Below, one piece after another: positions 1-8,038 of a stretch of 64,000 bases of DNA. Source of the stretch: an uncultured virus (IMG/VR IMGVR_UViG_3300043443_000309) (lineage: Duplodnaviria; Heunggongvirae; Uroviricota; Caudoviricetes). The position numbers and the translations under genes are program-made. The stretch's first letter is position 1. Each line of letters begins with the position of its first letter. Under the pieces are notes generated by a model, which was not told the origin of the DNA, did no database searches, and saw only the letters and a list, made by a program, of their open reading frames with translations. The stretch lies in the IMG/VR virus record IMGVR_UViG_3300043443_000309; one strand, 5' to 3'.

Positions 1-15
1 ACGGACGAGGAATAA

Positions 16-228
16 ATGTCTCAACCTGAAATGAAAATCGAACAGGATGGAACAAAAATGTGGTATCTCAACGGCGAACTTCATCGCGAAGATGGTCCTG
101 CTGTTGAGTATCCCGACGGAACAAAGCGTTGGTATCTCAACGGAAAGTCAGTTTCTTGGAAACAAGTTTTCAAGAAAGCAAAAACAAAAGAACGAGAACT
201 AAGTATCATTATCCACGCATTGGGGTAA
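16..228 (+). CDS. HREDGPA-repeat protein (1 repeat)
   Basis: WYLNGELHREDGPAVEY motif; GAGG RBS; paralogue of 1246 and 1658. Confidence 0.8.
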   Translation: MSQPEMKIEQDGTKMWYLNGELHREDGPAVEYPDGTKRWYLNGKSVSWKQVFKKAKTKERELSIIIHALG

Positions 229-235
229 TAATCAA

Positions 236-394
236 ATGAGCAATAAAACCAAAAACCCAAAAAATCGTTCTTTCATCGCACTTTCTATGATTTTGCGAAC
301 CGGAAACCACGCAGGAAAGCATCACAACCGGGACCATGACATTATCAAGGGAAAGAGCAGAAAGCAAAAACACAAGAACAAACCTTTGGAGTGA
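236..394 (+). CDS. small basic protein (52 aa), ArfA-like C-terminus
   Basis: hand translation MSNKTKNPKNRSFIALSMILRTGNHAGKHHNRDHDIIKGKSRKQKHKNKPLE; fills the gap between neighbours. Confidence 0.6.
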   Translation: MSNKTKNPKNRSFIALSMILRTGNHAGKHHNRDHDIIKGKSRKQKHKNKPLE

Positions 395-397
395 TAG

Positions 398-580
398 ATG
401 GATCTAGAACTTTTCAGTTTTATGGAAGGCGATCTTGTCAAAATCTACTGTGACAATCGCTGTTACATCGTGACCCAAAACTACTTTTCTTGTACTGAAA
501 AATTGTTGATTTCTCTCCGTTCGATTGAAAATGGCGTGATTTCCTACACTTTCGCTGGAAATCTAGAAAAACTAGGATAA
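398..580 (+). CDS. small GDLV (KOW/SH3-like) family protein
   Basis: FMEGDLVKI...EKLG; GGAG RBS. Confidence 0.7.
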   Translation: MDLELFSFMEGDLVKIYCDNRCYIVTQNYFSCTEKLLISLRSIENGVISYTFAGNLEKLG

Positions 581-587
581 TGAAAAA

Positions 588-803
588 ATGTCTTTCAATG
601 TAGGCGATCTGCTGATCCATGTAAATCGTAGAGAAATTGCTATTGTTTGTGGCATAAATGAAGATAAAAGATTGTCTGTTCTTACGCTTGTGGATTGTGA
701 TGCTGCATCAAAGATGCTTTATCTTTGGAAGGATAGGTTCTTCGGTTGCTGGGACTTGCTTACCGATGAAAATAGTAAAGAATTCCTCTATGAATTTCCG
801 TAG
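588..803 (+). CDS. small GDL (KOW/SH3-like) family protein
   Basis: MSFNVGDLLIH. Confidence 0.7.
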   Translation: MSFNVGDLLIHVNRREIAIVCGINEDKRLSVLTLVDCDAASKMLYLWKDRFFGCWDLLTDENSKEFLYEFP

Positions 804-954
804 AGGCGATCTCGTTATCGAAAGAGTGTCAGGATCCCTCGCAATTGTAATGGAAGAAACTATCAATTGCTCGGAGAATTATGGAGTTCGTATCCGTCGA
901 ATTCAAGATGGGAAAATTCGTTATGCTATTGCTTGTAACTTGCAGGTTCTATGA
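790..954 (+). CDS. small GDLV family protein
   Basis: MNFRRGDLVIE; internal ATG of ORF 658..954. Confidence 0.65.
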   Translation: MNFRRGDLVIERVSGSLAIVMEETINCSENYGVRIRRIQDGKIRYAIACNLQVL

Positions 955-962
955 AATAAACT

Positions 963-1157
963 ATGTTATCGGAACCTGTCTTACATAACAAATTCTCCAA
1001 AGGTGACTTAGTAGAAGCAAAGTTCAGCGATACTAGAAAATACTACGGTATAGTTGTCAAAGAAGATCAAAATCACACGAACTATTATCGCGTTTGGGTT
1101 TTCGGCCACCATCGTCACTTATTCGTCGGCGCGGACCAACTAATAAAAATTGCTTAG
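963..1157 (+). CDS. small KGDLV family protein
   Basis: FSKGDLVEAK...YGIVV...KIA. Confidence 0.7.
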   Translation: MLSEPVLHNKFSKGDLVEAKFSDTRKYYGIVVKEDQNHTNYYRVWVFGHHRHLFVGADQLIKIA

Positions 1158-1191
1158 GTTCTAACTGAAAGTCAAAAAAACGTCAAGGCCG

Positions 1192-1220
1192 TTGACGACG
1201 GCCCCCGTCTGCGCTATAAT
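1192..1220 (+). promoter_or_regulatory. early sigma70-type promoter
   Basis: TTGACG-N17-TATAAT. Confidence 0.85.
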
Positions 1221-1245
1221 GTCCTCTCAACGAACGAGGAACAAA

Positions 1246-1608
1246 ATGTCTAAACAACCGAAAATGCAGGTTCTTCCTGACGGCTCAAAAGAGTGGCTTT
1301 TGAACGGCAAACGTCATCGAACCGATGGTCCCGCTGTTGAGCGGCCTAACGGGACAAAAGAGTGGTGGTTGAACGGCAACCTTCATCGAATTGACGGCCC
1401 TGCTATCGACCGAGCTAACGGCACGAAAGAGTGGTGGTTGAACGGCAACCTTCATCGAATTGACGGCCCTGCTATTGAATGGGCTGACGGCTCGAAAATG
1501 TGGTTTTTGAATGGAAATGAAGTTTCTTGGAGAGAAGTTTTCAAGAAGGCAAGCAACCTTGAAATCGAGTTGCGAATTCTGTCCTTCCTTGACAACCTCT
1601 TGACTTGA
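1246..1608 (+). CDS. HREDGPA-repeat protein (3 x 23-aa repeats)
   Basis: repeated WxLNGxxHRxDGPA; GAGGA RBS before ATG 1246. Confidence 0.85.
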   Translation: MSKQPKMQVLPDGSKEWLLNGKRHRTDGPAVERPNGTKEWWLNGNLHRIDGPAIDRANGTKEWWLNGNLHRIDGPAIEWADGSKMWFLNGNEVSWREVFKKASNLEIELRILSFLDNLLT

Positions 1609-1633
1609 CGACGGCTCCTACTTCGGCTATAAT
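1605..1633 (+). promoter_or_regulatory. early sigma70-type promoter
   Basis: TTGACG-N17-TATAAT; -35 overlaps upstream stop codon. Confidence 0.85.
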
Positions 1634-1657
1634 GCTTTCTCAACGGACGAGGAATAA

Positions 1658-2017
1658 ATGTCGCAGCCCGAAATGAAAATCGATGCCAATGGAACAAAGC
1701 GTTGGTATCTCGGCAACAAACTCCATCGCGAAGATGGTCCTGCTCTTGAGCGTGTCGATGGAGAAAAGTGTTGGTTTCTCAATGATAAAAGGCATCGCGA
1801 AGATGGGCCTGCTATTGAGTGTCCCGATGGAGAAAAGCGTTGGTATCTCAACGATAAACTTCACCGTGAAGATGGTCCTGCTATTGAGTATTCAAATGGG
1901 GCAAAGGAATGGTTTCTCAACGGAAATCGAGTTTCTTGGAAAGAAGTTTTCAAGAAGGCAAAGACACAAGAAATCGAGTTGCGAATTCTGTCCTTCGTTG
2001 ACAACCTCTTGACTTGA
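1658..2017 (+). CDS. HREDGPA-repeat protein (3 repeats)
   Basis: HREDGPA x3; C-terminus nearly identical to the 1246 protein. Confidence 0.85.
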   Translation: MSQPEMKIDANGTKRWYLGNKLHREDGPALERVDGEKCWFLNDKRHREDGPAIECPDGEKRWYLNDKLHREDGPAIEYSNGAKEWFLNGNRVSWKEVFKKAKTQEIELRILSFVDNLLT

Positions 2018-2042
2018 CGACGGCTCCTGCCTCGGCTATGAT
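2014..2042 (+). promoter_or_regulatory. early sigma70-type promoter
   Basis: TTGACG-N17-TATGAT. Confidence 0.8.
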
Positions 2043-2068
2043 GTTCTCTCGACGGACGAATAAAGAAA

Positions 2069-2284
2069 ATGAACGCAGGAAACATGTACAAACTTTCAGA
2101 CAGCAACATTTATGTTTCTCGCGACTATCGAGGAAAAATCGTCATTATCAAAGACGAGCCAAGGATGGACAAAGCACCATCCGGCATTCACAGGACCACT
2201 TTTCTTTGCATGGTAGTAGAAAACTCAGAAATTCTCCCATTCTTTGACTATCAACTATCAGACGCTAGGTTGCTGGCGGAATAA
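2069..2284 (+). CDS. hypothetical protein
   Basis: ORF directly downstream of promoter, abuts next gene. Confidence 0.6.
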   Translation: MNAGNMYKLSDSNIYVSRDYRGKIVIIKDEPRMDKAPSGIHRTTFLCMVVENSEILPFFDYQLSDARLLAE

Positions 2285-2530
2285 ATGAAAGCAGGCGATC
2301 TGATCAAATTCAATTATTTCTCTCGCGATGCTTGGGGTATCGTGTTAGAAAGGTGGTTACAACCCGGTGGATACTACTACGGGATAAAGTGCAAAATCGT
2401 TAGCATTTCAGAAAAAACAGTAGAAAATAGGTATTACGATGGGCTTTTTCCTGTGGTTGGAGTAGGAGAAACCATCACCGGCAGCGAAGAATGGTTCAGA
2501 AACAACATGAAAAAAGGAGAAATCCTATGA
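2285..2530 (+). CDS. small GDL family protein
   Basis: MKAGDLIKF...WGIVL. Confidence 0.7.
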   Translation: MKAGDLIKFNYFSRDAWGIVLERWLQPGGYYYGIKCKIVSISEKTVENRYYDGLFPVVGVGETITGSEEWFRNNMKKGEIL

Positions 2531-2766
2531 CTTTCGATCAATTCATCGATCTATACGAAAAAGAAGCAGAGAACCCTGATAACTCTCATTTTAGGCGTGG
2601 ACAGTTGCTTTTCAACATGCTTCGGGAAATTCGTCCCGACCTCTCCGAAAAGATCCGTTCAACCTCATTAGACCCTTTCTACCTCGACGCTTCGATGCCC
2701 CTCTGTTGGCTCTTCGTTCAGAAGAACTGGGATAATGCAGGTTCGCTCTCAATTTCTACGCCTTGA
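2527..2766 (+). CDS. hypothetical phage protein
   Basis: ATGA overlap, AGGAG RBS; RRGQLLFNML...DPFY. Confidence 0.7.
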   Translation: MTFDQFIDLYEKEAENPDNSHFRRGQLLFNMLREIRPDLSEKIRSTSLDPFYLDASMPLCWLFVQKNWDNAGSLSISTP

Positions 2767-2788
2767 CAACCGCTTGACAAGAAATTCG

Positions 2789-2817
2789 TTGACCACCCGC
2801 CCCGTCTGCGATAAGAT
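2789..2817 (+). promoter_or_regulatory. early sigma70-type promoter
   Basis: TTGACC-N17-TAAGAT; extra TTGACA at 2763 and 2774. Confidence 0.75.
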
Positions 2818-2872
2818 GTGAATGTTGGCGGGTGGTCCGCCACCGAACGAAAACCCAAGAGTTGAGGAAAAA

Positions 2873-3670
2873 ATGGCTTACAAGCGTACCATCTACTGCA
2901 GTGCATGTGGAACGGCTGGCCATAATCGGGCTTCCTGCCCGACTAATAAGGCGCGCATCGAAGAGTTGCGGGCGGCATACGGTTCTGACCATTGGCAGGT
3001 TTCTAACTACGATGCCAAGCGTAAGCGTTCTACCACGCGAACCTGCTCGTACTGCCGTGGAACCGATCATAATCGTGCTGCTTGCTCGGTTATGAAGAAC
3101 CACAAGGAAAGTGTGCGTCCTCACGTCGTCGCTTATCGTCAAGCTTTCATCGACAATCTTTGCAAGATTGGTCGTGTTCCCGGCACTATCGCGATGCATC
3201 GGCAACATAGCGATTTGTCCAACATGTACCTGATTGAAAGGATTGACTACGATCAAGCTAGTCCTTGGACGGGCAAGACTTCCAATCCCTTGGTTGTTCG
3301 CGGCCTTTCGCTCGTCGGTCCCGGCAAGGAAAACGTCGAAGATAGGTATGTTCGCTGGTACCTCAACGAAACCGGCAGTCTTCCTGCGTTCATCCACTCT
3401 TTCTTCGATTATGACGGCCACCCGCGGGTTGATACCGTCGTTGCTGCCGGTTGTACCGAGGCTTTCCGCAAGAGTATCCCAAAGAGCTGGATGGACGCCG
3501 AAAACATCGATTTTCTCTTTGAGAATAACCGGAATTCTATCGGTCGAACCGAAGGCTCTTTTAGCGGCTACCTCCGTGAAGCGGAGAATGGGCGTGTGGC
3601 CGAGACAATTGCTAGCATGAACAGCAGGACCGACCGCTTCATCGAAGAAACGGGCTTCTCCCTGAACTAA
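2873..3670 (+). CDS. double CCHC zinc-knuckle protein
   Basis: CSACGTAGHNRASC and CSYCRGTDHNRAAC (CX2CX4HX4C); GAGG RBS. Confidence 0.8.
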   Translation: MAYKRTIYCSACGTAGHNRASCPTNKARIEELRAAYGSDHWQVSNYDAKRKRSTTRTCSYCRGTDHNRAACSVMKNHKESVRPHVVAYRQAFIDNLCKIGRVPGTIAMHRQHSDLSNMYLIERIDYDQASPWTGKTSNPLVVRGLSLVGPGKENVEDRYVRWYLNETGSLPAFIHSFFDYDGHPRVDTVVAAGCTEAFRKSIPKSWMDAENIDFLFENNRNSIGRTEGSFSGYLREAENGRVAETIASMNSRTDRFIEETGFSLN

Positions 3671-3730
3671 GCCAACAACAGGCGTTCGTTGGGGCTTTCC
3701 GGCCTTGACGAACGCTTGACAACCGTTGAC

Positions 3731-3759
3731 TTGACCTAGCCTCCCGGTTCGGCTATAAT
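3731..3759 (+). promoter_or_regulatory. early sigma70-type promoter
   Basis: TTGACC-N17-TATAAT; extra TTGAC at 3705, 3716, 3726. Confidence 0.85.
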
Positions 3760-3804
3760 GACGGGGTTCGATGGAAGAACGGTCACCAACAACGGAGATA
3801 ACGA

Positions 3805-4665
3805 ATGAACGCCAAGAATTCTAAGATCAAGAAAGAAACCCCGACGACCCGCCGTTTTCAAGCTCTCTTCGATAGTGGGCTTCTCACCGACCGGGACCGC
3901 TCGTTCCTTGATAGTCTGCTTTCTTCCTACCTTCGCTCCGGCTCGCTGACGGCTGGTCGTCGCGCTGCCTTGGAGAAGGTTGAGGCGCGCATCCAAAACG
4001 TGGCTTTGAACGGTATCTCTGTCGATACCTCCGCTCAAACGCGGCTTGAAACCTTGATTTCGGGCGGTGGCCTTGATGCTTGGGCTACTTCCTTCGTAAA
4101 TTCGCTGCTCTCGCAAGTCAAGGTTGGCCGGGATCTTTCGCCCGCGCAAACCGCCCATCTTGAAAAGCTGGAGAATAAGCTCGCTGCTAGCCGTGCTTTC
4201 GCTACGTCGTTTACTGACGAGCAGCGAGCTTTGTTTTCGCGAGCGGTTGAATACTACCGTTCTACCTCGTACTTTACCAACGTGGTCCAAAGCTTCGATG
4301 CTGACGCTGCTTTCGTCCCCTCGCCGCATGTCTTCGAAAAGATGACGAACAACCCCTACTTCAAGAAGGTTGTCGAAGCGCAGGATGCGGCTCCCAAGTT
4401 CGCAGAAGGCGATTTGGTCGGTCTTTCCAAGGCTATCACCAACACCTACGCCGGTCGCGGTGTGCTGGCGCAAATTGCGAATAGCCTTGGTTCTACCTAC
4501 ATTCAAGTCGAGGGCACCCGTAAGGTTCTTCGCGGCATGGTCCTCGTCAATGACGGTTTGACCGTCGTTTCTAGCGTCCGTGGTGCCAAGCGGTACAAGG
4601 TTCTGCTTTTCGGAGCTTCTTCCCCGGTTTTGATCGAGGAGCGGTTTCTTGTGCGAGGAAAGTGA
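3805..4665 (+). CDS. hypothetical protein with duplicated helical motif and C-terminal GDLV domain
   Basis: F(L/V)xSLLS...L(T/S)...LEK twice; PKFAEGDLV; GGAG RBS. Confidence 0.8.
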   Translation: MNAKNSKIKKETPTTRRFQALFDSGLLTDRDRSFLDSLLSSYLRSGSLTAGRRAALEKVEARIQNVALNGISVDTSAQTRLETLISGGGLDAWATSFVNSLLSQVKVGRDLSPAQTAHLEKLENKLAASRAFATSFTDEQRALFSRAVEYYRSTSYFTNVVQSFDADAAFVPSPHVFEKMTNNPYFKKVVEAQDAAPKFAEGDLVGLSKAITNTYAGRGVLAQIANSLGSTYIQVEGTRKVLRGMVLVNDGLTVVSSVRGAKRYKVLLFGASSPVLIEERFLVRGK

Positions 4666-4701
4666 GTTTTCGGTCTTGACGAACGGTTGACAAGAAAACG
4701 A

Positions 4702-4730
4702 TTGACCGTGCGCCCCGACTGCGATAGAAT
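4702..4730 (+). promoter_or_regulatory. early sigma70-type promoter
   Basis: TTGACC-N17-TAGAAT; extra TTGAC at 4676 and 4687. Confidence 0.8.
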
Positions 4731-4788
4731 GTAAAGGTCGGCGGGTGATGGGCACCAACCGACGCCAAACAAAAGTGGAGTTAGAAAC

Positions 4789-5088
4789 ATGGAAACGAAT
4801 AACTGGTCGATTGTGAAGGATGATACTCGGTTTCTCGTCGTCGGCTTTGACGACTGCGACTTTGAGCTTGATACCTACGAGGAAGCGGCGTCTTTCCTTG
4901 ATTTCTTGAACGAGGACGAAACTCGCAAGGAAGATCCTGAGTTTTACTTCGATGAGTGGCACTACCTCACGTTTGAGGCTTCGCCCGTCGCTTTTGACGA
5001 GCAGGAAATGAACGAGGTTGAAAGCGAGGAAGATTTCGATGCCGAACTTGGCGAGGTTCTTTCGTACCTCGGCGTTGTGACGGCATAA
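4789..5088 (+). CDS. highly acidic small protein (candidate DNA mimic)
   Basis: 31 D/E vs 4 K/R in 99 aa; GGAG RBS. Confidence 0.75.
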   Translation: METNNWSIVKDDTRFLVVGFDDCDFELDTYEEAASFLDFLNEDETRKEDPEFYFDEWHYLTFEASPVAFDEQEMNEVESEEDFDAELGEVLSYLGVVTA

Positions 5089-5098
5089 GAGAGGAACA

Positions 5099-5176
5099 AT
5101 GCTGATTTTCGCCAAACTGTACTTTGCCCTTTGCCTTTTCGACGTAGCCCTTCGACTGTGGAGAATTCCGGGATGA
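5099..5176 (+). CDS. small hydrophobic peptide (25 aa)
   Basis: GAGGAACAATG; MLIFAKLYFALCLFDVALRLWRIPG; ATGA-coupled to next gene. Confidence 0.55.
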   Translation: MLIFAKLYFALCLFDVALRLWRIPG

Positions 5177-5520
5177 ACGGACACTTTCAGCCAATTGACT
5201 ATCGAACCTTGGAAACCCGCGTGACCGTGGCGTGTCCTCCGGTTATGCATCCTCCAACCGGCGATTTTCGCCTTGCTGGTTGCTTCGGTACTTGGCTGCT
5301 TATTCCTGCCGAGACAACTCGCGAGGAACTAAGCCGTTACTTCAACGTCGTTCTCCCCCAACCTCCCATTCCTAGCGTTCAACCTAAGACTTTGACTGTC
5401 GCTGGTTCGCGAGGAGCAACCTACACTGTTCGCCTCCGTGAAAACGGGCAAACATCCTGCACTTGTCCCGGCTTCGGCTTCCGTCGCACTTGCAAGCATC
5501 TAGCTGCCCTTTCGGCATAA
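5173..5520 (+). CDS. SWIM zinc-finger protein
   Basis: YTVRL...SCTCPGFGFRRTCKH (CxC...CxH). Confidence 0.8.
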   Translation: MNGHFQPIDYRTLETRVTVACPPVMHPPTGDFRLAGCFGTWLLIPAETTREELSRYFNVVLPQPPIPSVQPKTLTVAGSRGATYTVRLRENGQTSCTCPGFGFRRTCKHLAALSA

Positions 5521-5530
5521 AGAAGGAACA

Positions 5531-5602
5531 ATGAACACTTTTCTCTTCTTCGCGATTTACGGCTTTCTCTCGTTCATGGTCGTCATCAGCATCCCCGAGT
5601 AA
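5531..5602 (+). CDS. small hydrophobic peptide (23 aa)
   Basis: AAGGAACAATG; MNTFLFFAIYGFLSFMVVISIPE. Confidence 0.55.
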   Translation: MNTFLFFAIYGFLSFMVVISIPE

Positions 5603-5658
5603 GGAACAATCTCCACTATCGGCAAATCGAACAATTTCGAACAAGTGGAGCCAACCGC

Positions 5659-5687
5659 TTGACCACGCGGCCCGACTGCGATAAGAT
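5659..5687 (+). promoter_or_regulatory. early sigma70-type promoter
   Basis: TTGACC-N17-TAAGAT; spacer similar to the 2789 and 4702 promoters. Confidence 0.75.
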
Positions 5688-5725
5688 GATGGGGTCGCTG
5701 AGAGAAGCGGCTAACGGGGTAAACG

Positions 5726-5806
5726 ATGGACAACGCTCTCATGTACGGTTCAATCACGCTTTCTGCCCTTTCGGGCTTTCTTAGCCTCTATTGGGACTTG
5801 ATCTAA
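5726..5806 (+). CDS. small hydrophobic peptide (26 aa)
   Basis: MDNALMYGSITLSALSGFLSLYWDLI; first ORF after promoter. Confidence 0.45.
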   Translation: MDNALMYGSITLSALSGFLSLYWDLI

Positions 5807-5829
5807 CAACCACAGGTTCAGCCTCAACA

Positions 5830-5928
5830 ATGACTAAGTTCTACCTTCAAGGTGCTTTTCTCGGACTGCTCGCTCTTTTGGCGGTTCGTCCTTTCTTTCT
5901 CGCGATTGCCGCCATTGTCGGCATCTGA
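5830..5928 (+). CDS. small hydrophobic peptide (32 aa)
   Basis: AACAATG; MTKFYLQGAFLGLLALLAVRPFFLAIAAIVGI. Confidence 0.5.
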   Translation: MTKFYLQGAFLGLLALLAVRPFFLAIAAIVGI

Positions 5929-5956
5929 CCTAACAACCAAGAACTCAGGAGGAACA

Positions 5957-6043
5957 ATGGACCTTTTCGACTTCGCACTCTACGCTTCGCTCGGCTTCGT
6001 CGAGGCTTCTACCTTCTTCCTCGCTTATCTCCAAGTCTGCTGA
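5957..6043 (+). CDS. small hydrophobic peptide (28 aa)
   Basis: AGGAGGAACAATG; MDLFDFALYASLGFVEASTFFLAYLQVC. Confidence 0.6.
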   Translation: MDLFDFALYASLGFVEASTFFLAYLQVC

Positions 6044-6098
6044 TAAGCGAGCATCAACCAAGGCCGCGAGCCTTGACAACCGCTTGACAAGAAAACGG

Positions 6099-6127
6099 TT
6101 GACCGGCTCTCCCGGCTAGGCTATAAT
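6099..6127 (+). promoter_or_regulatory. early sigma70-type promoter
   Basis: TTGACC-N17-TATAAT; extra TTGACA at 6073 and 6084. Confidence 0.85.
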
Positions 6128-6194
6128 GAAAGGGTCAAGGGGCGATGGTCGCCCCGCGACAACACGACAACAAGACAACAACGTAGGTTCTAAC

Positions 6195-7352
6195 ATGGCT
6201 ATCGATTTCCGTACTGCTTCCACCGCTATCCCCTTCGTCGCGGCTGCTCGTCACCCTATCCTGTGGCGCGGTCGTCACGGCATCGGAAAGTCCGAGGCAA
6301 TCAAGGCTTTCGCCGCTTCCATCAACCTTCCGATTGTGGAGCGCCGCGCTGCACAGTTGCAGGAAGGCGACCTTTTGGGGCTTCCTTCGCCCACTATGGT
6401 CGAGGTGAACGGCGTTGAGGCTGCTCAATTGCGTCCCTTTGCGTGGCTTATCAAGGCTTGCACGCAGCCCGTGGTCCTCTTTCTTGACGAGGTTGACCGT
6501 GGCACTTCCGAGGTTCGTCAAGGCATCTTCCAACTTTGCGATTCTCGCACGGTCGGTGATTGGCGGCTTCATCCCGACACTATCATCGTTGCGGCGGTGA
6601 ACGGTGGCGAGAATGCCGCTGAGTACCAAGTTGGCGAGATGGATCCTGCCGAACTTGACCGTTACACGACTTTCGACGTTGCTCCGTCTGTTGACGATTG
6701 GCTCTCGTGGGCTGGTGGTGAAGACCGTGGTTCTATCACCGCTTCCGTGTTCGCGACCGTTCGCGCTGCCGTCGATGCTCGCGATAACACGGGTTCGCCC
6801 ATCGATTCGCTGATTGTTGACTTCATTCGTCAAAATCCGTCTCACCTCGAACATCGCGATACCTTTGAGCCTAACAAGGTTTACCCGTCGCGTCGGTCGT
6901 GGAAGCGTCTCTCCGATACGCTGGTTGCAGGCGGGCTTTTGAACGATGCCAAGGCTAACCGTGGTGTCATCGCTTGCCTCACGACTGCTTACGTCGGGCT
7001 GGAGGCTTCCGTCGCATTCACGGACTTCGCGGCCAACTATGAGCGTCAGGTGACTGCCGAGGACATTATCAATCACGGAAAGCTGGCCCGCGTGGCCGAC
7101 TTTGGCGTGGTTGAGCATACCGCGCTCGTCGGCAAGATGAAGGATTCGGGCATCTTCAAGGATACCATGAACCCGACGCAACTCAAGAACTTGGCTAACT
7201 ACCTCACTCTTCTGCCGTCCGAGGTTGCGATGGTACTGTTCGCTCACATCCCGGTCGCTGGTGATGCCGGTCCTTCCAACATCGGCGCTTTGTACAAGAC
7301 CAAGGCCGACAATGGCAAGACCGTCCGCGAGTTCATCGTGAGCTTGATGTGA
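6195..7352 (+). CDS. MoxR-like AAA+ ATPase
   Basis: Walker A GRHGIGKS, Walker B LFLDEVDR, MDPAELDR, PSRRSW. Confidence 0.85.
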   Translation: MAIDFRTASTAIPFVAAARHPILWRGRHGIGKSEAIKAFAASINLPIVERRAAQLQEGDLLGLPSPTMVEVNGVEAAQLRPFAWLIKACTQPVVLFLDEVDRGTSEVRQGIFQLCDSRTVGDWRLHPDTIIVAAVNGGENAAEYQVGEMDPAELDRYTTFDVAPSVDDWLSWAGGEDRGSITASVFATVRAAVDARDNTGSPIDSLIVDFIRQNPSHLEHRDTFEPNKVYPSRRSWKRLSDTLVAGGLLNDAKANRGVIACLTTAYVGLEASVAFTDFAANYERQVTAEDIINHGKLARVADFGVVEHTALVGKMKDSGIFKDTMNPTQLKNLANYLTLLPSEVAMVLFAHIPVAGDAGPSNIGALYKTKADNGKTVREFIVSLM

Positions 7353-7374
7353 TTGCATAGGTTCGCCGCCCACT

Positions 7375-7404
7375 AAGCCCAGCCTCACCGCTGGGCTTTC
7401 TTTT
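7375..7404 (+). terminator. intrinsic terminator
   Basis: AAGCCCAGC-CTCACC-GCTGGGCTT followed by TCTTTT. Confidence 0.8.
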
Positions 7405-7478
7405 ATCCGCATTCAACCTCGATAGTACCAAGCTGGCTTCGACAGCAAACAAGCAAGGAACTTCCTGCTTCATTCCGA

Positions 7479-7862
7479 TACCAACGGAGACCCATCTAGC
7501 AGCCGTTCTGAGAGAGCCTGACGGCGGGAGCCACCGACACCCACCCGAACGGCTCCGACGCCTTGTAGAGCCGTTCTAGCGCGTTCTGAGACTATCGCTG
7601 GTCCTTGCCGCCGTCCTGCCGTTCAACCCCACGACGACGGCCAGCTACCGTGGCTCCGAGCCAAAGAACAGGTCCAACCTTGCATAGAACCAAGCCGACT
7701 AACTATGCAAAATGCAAAGGAAGAAAGGGGCCTTTAGAGTACCAACGGAGGCCCATCTAGCAGCCGTTTTACGGAGCCGTTGAGGCTACCCTAGCCGATG
7801 GTCACCCGAACCGCTGGCGCGTCTTATAACGGCCCCTGAGAGCGTTCTAGGGCGTCTGCTGG
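7479..7862. repeat. two degenerate ~123-bp direct repeats (7479-7601, 7740-7862)
   Basis: shared TACCAACGGAG.CCCATCTAGCAGCCGTT, CACCCGAAC, GCGTTCT; offset 261 bp. Confidence 0.8.
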
Positions 7863-8038
7863 CGGTTGCTCGACGTAGCCCGAACGCTCCCGAGCCGCGA
7901 CCACCAGCCAAGGTAGAAGCATCGTTTTCAGCCTTGACAACTTGTTGACGACCGCTCAGCAGACGCAAATGACCAAAGAGCAGGAAGGAAGAGAACAATT
8001 GAAGATTGAGCGTCAACCGATTTTCTTTCTCCAACCGC

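Noticed and set aside
1..2017. Diversity-generating retroelement among the repeated genes
   Set aside because: No reverse transcriptase, and differences between copies are not adenine-specific.
7680..7710. Inverted repeat TTGCATAG...CTATGCAA
   Set aside because: A single instance with an 8-bp arm; too little to assign an operator or RNA structure.
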